The notes beneath the pieces are model-generated. The model was given only the letters and a program-made list of their open reading frames with translations, had not been told where the DNA came from and did no database searches. Below are positions 1 through 12,774 of a stretch of DNA of 64,000 nt, piece by piece (positions within the stretch are counted from its first letter, which is position 1; the number at the start of each line of letters is the position of its first letter). Origin of the DNA: Camelus ferus (taxonomy: Eukaryota); contig NC_045697.1 in the NCBI RefSeq assembly GCF_009834535.1, positions 63,180,001 through 63,244,000 on the forward strand, in the 5' to 3' direction. The translations under genes were made by a program, and so were the position numbers.

Positions 1-1010
1 TTCATAATTTCAAGTTTCTAGAAAATCCTACGTCTGCTGGCTTTGACAACTAAAACACATACCTGACTTGGTAACTGTAATTAATAATAATATTTAAAAA
101 AACATTGTACAGTTTTCTTTTAGAATTTTACCCTAATAACAAATGTGAGCAGGACTGATTGTTTCCATTTGACAGAGGAAGAATCTAAATGGTTTAGAAG
201 AAGTGTTCCAAAGCTAGGTTGCACAAATTAGAATTTTACAAAAAACTTGTGTTTCCTCTCACTGTGCTCTACATACAGTTGGCAGATGATAGAATGGATT
301 AAAGTATGTCTAATTGCAATATAGTAATCTTTATATCTTAGTGGCTTTTGAAAATTACAATTTAAGGCTGTATCTGACTGAAACAGTATTGAGGACATAA
401 GCTCATTTAATTCTAAACTCTGGGATATCCCAAATATACCTAAGATAATGTATCTTGATTTTGTAGCTTAGAATTGCAGAGTAAATCAAGAAATATTTTA
501 GTGTGGAAAATTTGGACCTGCTTTCAGAGATAGTTGTCTAGGTTATTGTTATTACCAAAATAGTACATCATAGATTTGCAGAACACATTTGACTATTGCA
601 ATAGAGACATGGATCCTTGTGCCAATTTCTATTCCTGAAGTCTCTCTATAAGGAAAAGTAGTAAATCCTATAATTTAAATATATAGTAACTTGGTTCTTG
701 CCACATGTCTCAGTATTTATGGATATCATTTAAAATGTGCAAAGAAAAAAGAATAAGTAGAATTCATAAGATTTGAACCACAGTATAAAATACCCCTCAG
801 GAAGTTGTACACGAAGTATTTTGCCAGTATGAGTGTCAATATTGCCAAGGATAAAAAGAGAGTAATAGAGACCTGCTAAAATAAATAAAATATAGGAACA
901 CAAGACTGTTTCAGGTTTATTGCAGAGGAACAATCATTAGGGAATTACAAAACTTAAAGACAAAATTAGAAGAATGGGGGTATAGGAAATAAGAGTTAAA
1001 AAATGAGAAT

Positions 1011-1190
1011 TTATTAGTTAGGATAGATTGGGCTATGGGGTGTTAAGAAATAAATCATGAAAAATCTGAATGGCTCAAACATAATACAAATTTATTTCTT
1101 GCTCACACAAAATTCAGCGTGGTTCTGGCAACTCTCCAGGACAGCCTTTCTTCATGTTATGACTCAGAGACTTGTTCCATTTTGTACTCC
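1011..1190 (-). mobile_element. Old MaLR LTR fragment (MLT1J/K/L-like)
   Basis: ttagttaggatag...gctatg...aaatctgaatggctcaaac...aaatttatttcttgctcac resembles the reverse of an MLT1 3' end. Confidence 0.6.
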
Positions 1191-1619
1191 TCTTATAAAA
1201 ATAAGTACAATTAAATAAATCTTTCAGGTACTAATTTTTATTTAAAATGTAGTATTGTATTACTTAATTGTTGTCATTAATGATCTTTATGTTCAAGGCA
1301 CTCAATATGTTGTTACTATTTGTGTCTTCATAAAGATTTATATTAATTTTTGAATGTTTGCCTACTTATTATATGTGGAAAGATACATTTAGCTTCAATT
1401 GAAATTGCTTTTCCCACCCAGATACATTTGAATTCTTTAATTTTCATAACCATTCAAATTATTTTTTCTACTATTTTATTTTGGAATCTCTTTTGAAATG
1501 TGCTTGTATTGTATTTTCTGAAAATATTTTAACTAACTTCAAGTTTCCATTACTTAGATCTAGCCATGTGAGAAAAATTTGTCATTGTCCATTCCTTTAA
1601 AACTTTTAATTGACAACCA

Positions 1620-1710
1620 TTCCCCATCTCCTTCATTTTCTAGGTGAGAATTAGAGTTTAATATATGATGGAGTGACTTCCTAAAGGTCAGACACTTAAT
1701 CAATGGCCAA
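1620..1710 (-). mobile_element. MIR SINE fragment
   Basis: Core-like cttcattttctaggtgagaa...gagtgacttcctaaaggtcagacac. Confidence 0.55.
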
Positions 1711-1909
1711 TTCATTCAGGAAGTGAGAGATATTGTGCCCCCCTCTATGCTCCCAAAGAATTTATTGTTCAATAAGGGTAATAAATAATTAAAGAACTGA
1801 TTGTAATGCATGCAAAGTGCTAAAACAGAAATAAATATAAATGGTGTGAGAGCACAGAGGAAGGCACCTAGCTCAGCCCAAAGAGTTGGACATTGATGGC
1901 TCACAGGAC

Positions 1910-2354
1910 TGTTGGCCAAGCCATAGTCAACACAGCAGGAGCAGAGGAACTAACAGTGATAAAACTTGTGCCATTTGTGGGCAAGGATGTTGCCGACGAA
2001 ATGAATCACAGAGCTGCTGTGGTGCAAAATGTCTCCCGAGATTCGGGTTTCTTTATTTTTTATACCATCTACACAAAGGATTAACTCTTGCCAAGCACAG
2101 AGAGTAAACATTTTTTAGGTTGACGCATGTGCATTACATCTAAGGCTTCCTTATCTTAATTACACTCAGACTCTCCCGTTCCAAGGCCTGTTCCTTTTGA
2201 GGAACTAATAAACATTCTCGTTTGCGAGCAATGTTTCCCCTGGGAACGGGCAGAGTCACTTGGCAGGAATTTCTGTTTGCAGACAAGTCCGGCCACTTCT
2301 GTGAAATGTCCCGCGTGCAGGCACATCCACAGCTTCTATGCTAAGTTTCCTTCA
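1910..2354 (-). mobile_element. Putative solo ERV LTR (~445 bp), relatively young and CpG-retaining
   Basis: TG...CA termini. The minus strand carries overlapping TATAAA and AATAAA (ggtataaaaaataaag). Flanks are caggac / aaggac (AGGACTGTT occurs at 1905-1913 and 2356-2364). Many CpGs survive against an AT-rich background. Confidence 0.6.
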
Positions 2355-4805
2355 AAGGACTGTTATATGATGGCAAGTAGTTGTGGCCTGAAAGCAGGTT
2401 TGGGAAATCAGTACTATCTGGCCAACACTACATACTTGTGTGGTGATTAGCATGTGAGATAACTGGGGCAGAAGGTAATGACTAGGTAGGACTTCATTTT
2501 AACATCCTGAATAACTTTGGGTTATTCATTCTAAGATATAAAAGACTTTTAATTTCATTATTCTCCAAGACTTTCTTCAACTTTATGAAACGAATAGTCT
2601 GAAACAATGATACATTTTATGGTGAAAACTATAGCTTCATAAAAAGACAAAGGCTAATTTCATATTTACTTTGCATTTATACAGGTGTGTTTATTTATAA
2701 TATGCAAACAAATTAAGACATATGTATCAAATTTTTTTTAAATAATTTCAAGTATCATGGTTTACATGGAATTAATAATGATAATTTTATTTCATAAATG
2801 TAATAATATAGTTGTTATAAAAGAAAAAGAGAAGAGGCAAATGCACATAATGAATGCATTTTAGGGTAATGGTCATAGAAATAAATCTTAATTTGTAATC
2901 ATAATAATGAAAGGAAAATGAGTTGCCAGAGGAAAAAAGTGTATAGTAATACTGTATTGTAAGCAAATGTAATTTTATTTAAAAATCAACTTATTTAGTT
3001 GATATTTCTCTGTACTTATTTTCTTTAATCCTCATCATTATTTATATACCTTCAACCATTATACTATAAATTCCATTAACTTATACATTTAGTTGAATCA
3101 ATTGGTTTGTATCAATGGACGTTGAATACTACACTAGATTTTTGTTGATTATAAAGCACTTCATTTACTTGGAATTTCTTTATAGTCCAGTTATATATAG
3201 TAAAAACTTGTGAATGGTTGAGCGGGATAAAATATTCAAATTTTGTCTTTAATTTTGTAAGTGATTTAGGTAAAATCAAGATATTTGTCTAAATATTGTG
3301 TTAATCTAACCAGGGGGATGAATTCATTGAAAATCTTTATATCAAATAAATAAGTTAACAAACATGCCAAATGAAAGAAATGAACCAATTCTATTCTGAC
3401 TTGATTCTCATCTAACTGTAATTATTTCTCTGATTGCATCCTAGTGATATTTTGTTGTTCTCTAATTTTTAGATGAAATTTAATGTTGACATATATTTGA
3501 TATTTAGGAATATTTTTATTTTGTGTTTCATGTGTTTTTATTATATAGTATATGTCAATATTGTGTTTTTTAAACTAATTTTTCAAAGGCTAGAAAATGG
3601 GACTGTATACCTTTATAGATCACAGTAGGTATTTAAGCAATAAAAAAATTTCTTTTGATTGTAAAGCACTTCTAAACTGGTTATGTTCTTATATTAATAT
3701 TGCTGAAATGTTTGTCCTTCTTTCTCTCAAATGATGTAATACTATTCTTATTGTAGTTGTTAAAATATAATTCTTTATACTACATAAAGGAATATAAATT
3801 TAATCTTTCAAATAGATAGGAAGTTCTAATTTTAATAAGAAAAAAAGATACTCTACAATTGCTTGTGGTATGCTGCTTCTGCCTGTGCAGTTGTATTTCT
3901 TTGTACCTTAATACAAAGTACATTAATACAAAAATAATTCAGTAAGTGGAATTATATTGCTTTTCAACATAGCTCTGAGATGATACTTTTAACAAATGAA
4001 ATATGAAAAGTATTTAAATAACTATGGATTTCTCATTAAGCCAGAAAATGCTCTAAATTATGTCCTATACTTTTCTATTCAACAAGTTCAAAATTCAAGA
4101 CAGTTTGTTACTTGCATTTTACCTGACTTATGGAAGGTTCCCAATAAATAATTATTGATTTAATTAAATTATTAATATATTCAGGACTGTGCTAAGTGCT
4201 ATAGGAACTGCAAAAGGAGAATAATTACACCATATTTACTTTCAAAATGATGTAAATAAAAATACTATTATAAACCACATGGAATGAAATCAATGTTAGT
4301 AATTCATGTGATTAACAGAAATTAACGTTAACCACGTGAAGATGAGAGAGTCTTCATAAAGGGAATAGAATGTTAGTTGGATTTTGATGGAAGTTTAAAT
4401 AAAATAAATTTGGTTCAACTTACAACTGTGTAAAAGGAAGAAAATATCAGGGAAAATTTGAAAAGTTAGACTTTTTTTTAACATCATCAAACAGCATAGT
4501 GAAGGATCATTTGTATGTGAAAGGATTTCCAGACAGGGACAGTACATTATCATGAATGATTTGCTCTCTTTTTACAAAAAAGTGAATCATGGCTCAAAAA
4601 AGCCAGTTAACTTGTTTGAGATTCCATAGAAAATAGCAAAAATGGGAGCATACCAGTTTGGGAAGTTTTAAGGAAACCAGTCTAGACTTCTTTTTCAAAA
4701 CGATACATTCTCATTTATGTCCAAACATCAAGTAAAATGCTAATAGCCTTTAAAAATAGTAGGTCTTGATATTTAAGGATTCTTTTCAGTATCTCCGAAG
4801 ATCAT

Positions 4806-4836
<31 letters not shown>

Positions 4837-4846
4837 CACACGCACT
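4806..4846. repeat. (CA)n microsatellite with an imperfect tail
   Basis: Seen directly in the sequence. Confidence 0.95.
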
Positions 4847-5109
4847 CATGTTATATGAAGGGAAGCTTAATGTAGACACTTTTATTCTTCAGGCAAATAC
4901 ATCTTTAAATCTTGATTCTGCCGCTTTTTGTGTCATGGTCAAGGTATTTAATTTTTATAACCTTTAAGTTTTTCATCCATAAACCATTGCATGCCTTTCT
5001 GGCTGTTAGGATCCATTAGCAATTTGTTTTTTTTTGTTTTGTTTTTACAATGAGTTCTTAGCAGTGTGGATAGGATGATTTTCCTAAAATGTCTATTTAA
5101 GCATGTCAT

Positions 5110-5570
5110 TTGTTAGTGATTTCTAAATCCCTTACCTGCCTGAAAGTTATGATCAAATGACCTGGACTGCATACCTCTTGTACCCCCTCACCTCACCTAT
5201 GTGCTCCAACCATTCCAGCCTTCTCTCTGCCCTACTAAAATATCAATCTCACATCCATTTTAGATGATTTCTGTATACTTTTTTCTCTGTTGACTATGTT
5301 TTCCTTTCAGTTTGCATATGAGTGCTTATAATTCATGACTTGGCCTTTATGACACCTTTACAAAGGTCTTCCCTGCCCTCCTCATGTAAAGTAGCTGCCT
5401 TCTACAACCAGTAAATATCATGTTAATCTTGTTTTAAAATAGCATATATCAGTTTTTTGTTTGTATATTTATTGTCTAGGTTAGGAAACTTTTCTCTTTA
5501 GTTCGTTGTTCTTAATTAAGTACTGTTTCTGGCAACTGTTAAGCCTTCAATAAGTATTGTTGAACAAGGG
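5110..5570 (+). mobile_element. L2 LINE 3' fragment
   Basis: Pyrimidine-rich L2-like body ending ...ttcaataagtattgttgaac, resembling the L2 terminus. Confidence 0.6.
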
Positions 5571-5893
5571 ACTAAATTGATTTTTGTTACCATAAATATG
5601 AGTCCAACATGGAAAATTGGGAGAAAAGATGTAAAAAATAACCAATAAGTCTTTAACTCAGACAGTATATACACTATAGTATATATTATCTTAGTGAATT
5701 ACTTGTTAATGTACTATTAAAAAGTAAACATTGATTTAAAAAAAAATCATAATGATACTTCCCCCCTTCAGATATGGCTCTGGAATCTGGACAAAGTAGA
5801 GAAAAATTATATGATTTTTTTTTGTATTTGAGTTAAATAATTTAAGACTAAATTAGATCATAAGCTATGCACTGTCTATGGAAACACAGTATA

Positions 5894-6535
5894 TGTGTAG
5901 TGAACAGTGAACTGTGCTTTGCCCAAAGTAATGTCATGCCTTTACCTTCAGGTTCTAAGAGATAATTTATGTCATATCTGGTAGGAATATCTTTGTCTAG
6001 AGTCCAGGGCTAACCACACTGGATCTCAGAGTGGAGCTGGATCAAAAAATATCAGAATGGGGCCAGGCCATATCAGAAAGATCAGCCGTATGATTTAGAG
6101 TGAGAGCTTCAGGTCATTTATTGTCAGACAGTTTTGAGGCTGAGAGCAAGCATGTAGGCAGTCAATCAGTCCATCAATCATACCTGTATAATGAAGTTCC
6201 AATAAAAACTCTAGACACCAAAGCTTCAGTGAGCTTCCTTTATTGCCAATACTCTGCTTGTGTTGTTACATATCAATGCTGGGAGAGTAATATGTCATGT
6301 GTACAAGGGAAGCTTTGCGTTTGGAACCCTCCCAGGCTCTACGCATCTCTTCTCTTGGCTAATTTTTGAACTGTACACTTTCCCTATAATAAATCATATT
6401 GATTTTAGTGAGTTCAGTGACTTATTGCACTTGAAGGTGTTTTTGTGAACCCACTACACTTGCTGTTGGTGTCAGAAGTCAGAGAAGTTTTGGAGACTGT
6501 GCCCTTAGACTTTGCAGTTTGGCTAACTCTGGGTA
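5894..6535 (+). mobile_element. ERVL-class solo LTR, MER21C/MER77-like, with 5-bp TSD GTATA
   Basis: ccaataaaaactctagacaccaaagct...gagcttcc...gccaatactctg and ggtgtcagaagt...gtttggctaactctgggta. GTATA occurs at 5889-5893 and 6536-6540. Confidence 0.8.
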
Positions 6536-9500
6536 GTATATAATCATGGGAAGAAACTCATAATTTTCTTACAGATTTTAACATTTTAGATATGTATGGA
6601 ATTACAGAGAGTAGCTATTCTAATATTTCGTTTCACAGAAGAGCATCAGGGAAGTTATGATTTGCTTCAGTTCACAGAGCTGGTTTGGTGGCTGGGTTAG
6701 GGTTAGAAATTAGATTTATCCATCCCAATCTTTTGGATTTCCCCACTATTCCATGTTATTTAATATAAGATTGGCATGATAAGTATCACTGGATATATTT
6801 GATTTCTATTTTAGAAATAAAATTATGACAGTTCTTATATTACAAATCAGTGAAACATTCATCAATTTCATAGTATCCTGTCTACAAATATAAACCTAGT
6901 CTAAAACTTGAGGTTTAATTATATGAGAACTATCTATGCCTGAAAATACCCATTATTCACTGAAGTGAATATACTTATCTGGATGATGTTTATGGTACAC
7001 ATTATCGTCACTGATTCAATATGTTTACATGCTAGGTTTTCTTTGGCAAATTCTTACTCATCGTATATTAGAATAGTAAAGTGATGTTAGATTCACACAA
7101 TTATCAGAACCTGTATACACTGACAATGGTGAAAAGTAGACACTTTCAATGAGGCTAAAATGACAGCTTTAACAACAACAAGCACACCTCAGAAGTTCTT
7201 AGAGAACTAAACATATTGATATAGGGCTAGCAATTGAGTTCTTAAACATTCCCTCTGTATTTCATATGAACACTTTTTCTGAATGTATTTTCCCCAAAAC
7301 ACCTGATAGTTTTAAAAAATTGGTGTCCAAAAAAGGACACTATTGTTCTTCATCAAAGTAGTTTGACAATAAGACACCTCACAAGCACTCTGCTCAGATG
7401 TAGCACAGAGTCACATATGTTTTCCCCAACAGGAAGGACAATGAACAGTCCATATTGATCCCTAGGCAAATATACCCTTCGTGTGGGGACAGTTGGTGGT
7501 CTTATGTTCTGTGAAAACCAACATATATTGCACATGAATGGAATTTTTAAGAGAAAGGCTTTTAAACTTTCCTATCATTATTGAAAAGAATTTTTTAGTA
7601 CCTGTTGTAAGTAGTGTTGTTTTAATAAATGCCTGTGATGTAATAAAGTGTAAAATAAAGTGTAAAGTTACTTTGTATTTGCTCTTTTGGCATTTGGGGC
7701 AAGGGGTTAGGCTCAGTGCAATGGAAGAAATAGAAGTGACACTTTCAGAAAACAGTCACCAAATATGTTTGGTTGTAATAATAAGTTTGCAAGAAGCAAT
7801 TTTGCAGAGGCAGAAACGGATCAGATGTTTGGGTTTTGAATGATAGTAGAGTTAGTATTTACTCTGTAGACACATGCCATTGACATATTTTCATGAGCTA
7901 GGCAATGAGGGAATATATACAAATGATAAATTAGTGAGAGTAATCTCAGAGTAGTATGTGGAAAGAATTGTAAGTGAAAATTAAAGAATTAGAATGGTTC
8001 TTGGCAAAAAGTTGATAGGCACACCAGTTAGGAGATAATGAAGTACGCCTCATAACTGTGGAATGCACAATTCCCCTAGTATGCAAAGAAGAATGAAGGC
8101 TAGAAATAATCATCTCTCTTTAATATGTATTCTTCAAAATACTAGGATTCCAAATAGTTTAATTGTGATAGCACTTTTTTCCACATTACCATATTCATCT
8201 CAAGCCAATTACATACAATGTAATTGTGATATTTTATTGAACAGATGTTACTTTCATTGGAGTTAAGAGTATTTGATAATTATTTGTGTTGCTTTATTAA
8301 CAGTGACACAAACTGATGTAGCCAAGTGTAGAATCAAGGAGATGGCATCTGTAATGTTGGTTCTCTTGGCATGAAAATAGAATCCCAAGAGACATCATTT
8401 TTTTCTCCATATCTTAAATTATGACAGAAAAATTATGTATTGTTAAATAATAATCATTGAATTTTATTTTTGAATTATAGAGTTTACTAATTATATATTT
8501 ACAGTTCCTAGTTTTCTATATTTATTAATAATAAAAATTAATTTTGATTTATTCCCTTTTATAGATTAAAACAAAAATATTCACAGTTTAAATTTTTGTA
8601 TGAATTCAGATATTGGTTTAAAGTCCACGTAAAATCTGTGGGCACTTTTCCTAGAAAGTTAAATATTGTAACATAATTTTTAAGTTTTAGTATTTTAGTA
8701 CTGTGATACTTGAATAACTTATAAAATAATTTACCTTTCATTAGTATAAAGAGAAGAGTTAGCAATACTGGGCATAGCTTTAAGAATCTAAAATAGTAAT
8801 CAAACCAAAACTTTATCCTTTTCACATATTTATAATGCCAATATGTTTTTTAGTGAATTACATGGAATCATCATTCCTGTTTGCAAAATGTTATGTTTTT
8901 GGACTCGTAGTGGGAAGCCTTAGAGGAAGTGTTTATAGAATTAAGGCAAATTTTTGAAAATATTTATTAAAAATATATTTTGATGTGTTCAGATCTATAA
9001 AGTTAATCAGTACCTAGCAAAAAGCAAGCTGTGTTTGGAAATACTTCATGCTTGCCATGTTGAAAGGTGAAGATAAATCTATTATAATGATTTAATATGC
9101 TTTATTTACCCAATCAGGAAATCAAAACCAAATAACTCTCCTTGCAGCAGTAATTATAAAGTATTGTCATTTTAATTTCTCTTTCCAAAAAATAGCAGTG
9201 GAATCATATCATTAAAAATACATGCATGTATTGGTGTATTATCTTCTTCACTTCATTCATAGATGTGCATAACTCAATTGTTACTGAATTGTATGTGCCG
9301 AGCCTATTTAGTCAATCTATGGAAACTCCTATGATGAGATTAGTAGAGAATGAAAGGTATATCCTAGTAGCACCTGATCATAATGGAGAATGACTAGAAG
9401 AATACAGACTAGCTTAACCATCCCTTATTAATTTGAATAATTCTCTTTTCTCTTTTTGACCAAATAATGATAGAGAAGTTCCACTATGTCATTAAATATT

Positions 9501-11404
9501 ACATAAACAACTGTTGAGGTCTACAGCATGTCATATCTTGGCTTTTAGATGTTTTAAGGCTGCTTGTAAAGGCCTTCAACTAAAATATAACAATATAGAA
9601 ATGCAATTAATACCATCTTTATAATACCACAATTAGAGAATATTTTAATAATTTCCTCTGATGGAATTATTTCTTTTATAAGCAACACTTCTTTGTATAG
9701 TAAAATCTCAGCTTCCTTTATTTCTTGCAGGATCATAATTATTGCGTTTATTGCAATAAAAAAACAAGACTAAAGGGTTATTTTAGAATTAGCCTTATGG
9801 AATAGTTACATATTAATGCAGTGATGAGAGCTTTGAGAGTTTTTCTTTTCAACTCTGTAGTTTCAGAAATTCAATTATTTCAGCCAATAGCAACCAGGCT
9901 CTGGAGGATTAATTCACAGTAATGAAACATAAGAGACTGATTTATAAATGATGATAACTTTTATTTATTTATAAAACAGACTGGTATTTCTTTACGGGAA
10001 TACAGTTATCTTTAAGTTCTATGAGGAAAGAAACCATGTTTGTTAGTTTCATTGTTAAATTTCTAGAGTTTAGAAAGTTGATTTTTGAATTACTTCATTA
10101 ATAATTATTTAGTTTACTCTTAATGGCTTAAAGTCATTTGAGAGATTACATGAGTAATTAGTATCGTTGACAGATTTCTTAAATGTTTGCTTAGGGAATA
10201 CTTAGTAGTAATTGTGCTTGATTTATTTTCTAATTTATTAATATTATGAATTTAGTAAAAATTAGTATTTCATTACAATTAATCAACTCTTCTCATAATA
10301 CCCACATAAATCTTATATGAAAATAAATTGGAATATGTATTAAATTAAATTTTCCATACCTTTAAACATTTGTAGATTTTATATAATCAAGTTCTTTTCA
10401 GTATTTTATTACAATACCAAGCCTAACATCAATTTATCTAAAATGCTTAAGCACTTTTAAAAAAGGAAATTCTACATATTACAGTGATTCCAAAGCAAAG
10501 CAATGTGCTTACCCTAAAACTGGTTACAAATGTGCTCATATTAGGAATTTACATTTTTTTTTTACCTTTTGCCTTCTTATACTTTGCTGATACGAAAATT
10601 TTCATATTTCCCTGGGATTTCAGAAATATCTGGGTTTATTTTTACACTTCTCTAGATTTAGTTATTATAGAAGACTTAAAAGTAAAAAATTTGCACATTC
10701 TGGGTTGTTGACTAGATAATTTTTTGTATAGTCATTGGAATTTGCTGTACATTCAGAAGTGATTAAAACTCAAGATGCTGGCCATCAGATTGGACTTTCC
10801 TTTTTCAATTAAACTTGGTTTTCTATGTTCTTATACCTTCATTTATTAAGTTCAAATCCAGCTTTTAATTTTGTGCAGTATTGGTGTTCTCTCACAAAAT
10901 TGTTTACTTTTAAAGTTTCAACTGCAATTGTTACACAATGTTCCTGTTATGATATATATGCCTGATATTATTAACACTATTAAAAACTCATGGACTCTTA
11001 TTATTCTCTTGATTATGTAGAACTATCTAGGTTTTTAATCTACCAGAAGATGAGAGACTGTTTCTTCTTAGTTACCACTTCTAGATATTCCACTAATTTA
11101 TCCAGTGTCTGGAGCACACAGTTGTGCCCTCTGGATACAGGGTATGATTATTAATGTTAATTAAATGCTGGACTCCTTTTCCAGTTGGCTGTTATGTGTG
11201 ACCATTAGTGCTGATCAGTCCTTTCTACTCATGGTACAGAACTACTTTTAAAGCTGCTACTTTTCTTACCAGTCTTTCCTTGCACAGATCAAAAAAACCC
11301 CATGTCTTTATATTATAAACATATGTAAAATTAGAAAAAATAACCATATGATTAAATACTTATTAAAAAAATGAAAATAAAAGATGTTCTACCCTGTTTG
11401 TGTT

Positions 11405-11433
11405 TGTGTGTGTGTGTGTGTGCGTGTGTGTGT
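11405..11433. repeat. (TG)n microsatellite
   Basis: Seen directly in the sequence. Confidence 0.95.
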
Positions 11434-11613
11434 AATGCCACTTTATATCCTTTACATTAACTTTTCTGTTTGAGTAACTCTTAGCCTCTGGCAGACTCAA
11501 ATTGTTTCATTTAGCCATAATGATTACTATTTGTTATTGTTGTTGTTTGTATTTTTATGTTCATAATGTCAGAGTTAGCCAGAGAAAAGCCTTAGGTTGC
11601 TTTCCTTAGCCTT

Positions 11614-12693
11614 TCAAAACCACCTGCAACTTGTTTTTAGACAAACGTTGTTTTCTGGCAACAAAAGAATGTTCCAGAAATATTCTGTTTTTTTCTGTCC
11701 TCCTCTTTTTTCTTTTCCTAACAGTTAAGGATCCCTGGTTCTTTTTGTTGGTGGATATTGGGCAAGGTGTATCTGGACTGCCCAAAGGTGCTGGCTGAGG
11801 CAAAAGTGCTCTTGCTGATACTGGTCTTTTTTAAGGAGAGATTTGGAAAAGATATTTCTTTTAGGCCTATGAGTTCACATCGATTTTTCTTCTGTAACAT
11901 GTTGCTGCAGCTACTCTCCTTTTCTTATGAAATTTCGCCGCTTCAAAGACTGTCCGCCACACTAACAAGAAAGTTTCTTTGTAAGCAAGGTATCAAAGCA
12001 AAGCAATTTAAAATAAGCAGATTGGAGAACCCTTCTTTTAGACCAGTGGTAGATGGACTCCTGCTAGTCCACATATCAAGGGTCACCTGCAAAATGAGAA
12101 TAAAATAAGAACAATGTAGTGAGTTTCCCAAATTTAATTTGTTTAGTTTGTTGGTGTTACTTTTTAAAATTAAATGTTAGGATAGCAGTGGCAGAGTTTT
12201 AAAATATTTCCTTGTTAAAAAAATGAAGTCTGTTTTTAATTTTATTTTCCAAACTGAAAGTGGATGTGTTAACTGTCAAAATTCAGAAGAGGGTTGAACA
12301 ATCCAACCTTGAAAAAATTATGTATGTTCCTGGACCTCAGGAACTGCTGGATCCAGGAACCAGAAGACCTACTGGTATGACACTTTTCATTTTTCAAGTA
12401 GACTTAGTCTGATCTTAACCATGCAATGAAGTCCAAGGCTCCTGTGGTGTGCATCTTGCAATATCTATCACCAAAGAGGAACTTTTCTCATTTCTCTGAA
12501 AGGGCTATGATCGGCAAATTAAATGTGGTTAAAATACTCATCTTGGACTATTCAGCAAGGACAGGAAGTTTGGCTAATGTAAGAACCGTATTGTCTTCTG
12601 GAAGCTAGGTGGATCAAGTGAGGTGGTTCCAAAGGGAGAAATGCTGAGCAAGCCATAGAAGCTTACTATGAGGAAGCTGTCCTTACTTGGCAT
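11614..12693 (-). pseudogene. Candidate highly decayed opsin-like class A GPCR pseudogene (Opn5-group/neuropsin-like)
   Basis: Collinear motifs on the minus strand: hydrophobic TM1-like FLIVSFYGLLSI..FG; P-x10-FLFGDRYC; *YVD* (CxxDW-like) just after a TTTTGCAG acceptor; LLCF/IPC; LWA-x8-PP-x6-P*LLGK; FWNIL. There are multiple stops and frameshifts, and the TM6 equivalent is not hydrophobic. Confidence 0.45.
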
Positions 12694-12774
12694 AACAACA
12701 AAACATATGCCAGCACTCATTTATTTCCTTTCTTCCTTTGTTCTGATCTTTATTGCCTTCTAAATGTTGTTGGT

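Noticed and set aside
6694..6706. GGGTTAGGGTTAG telomere-like motif
   Set aside because: Only two units, inside a decayed MIR-like segment, and expected by chance.
12326..12360. 9-bp inverted repeat GTTCCTGGA...TCCAGGAAC
   Set aside because: The stem is too short for a pre-miRNA and there is no other support.
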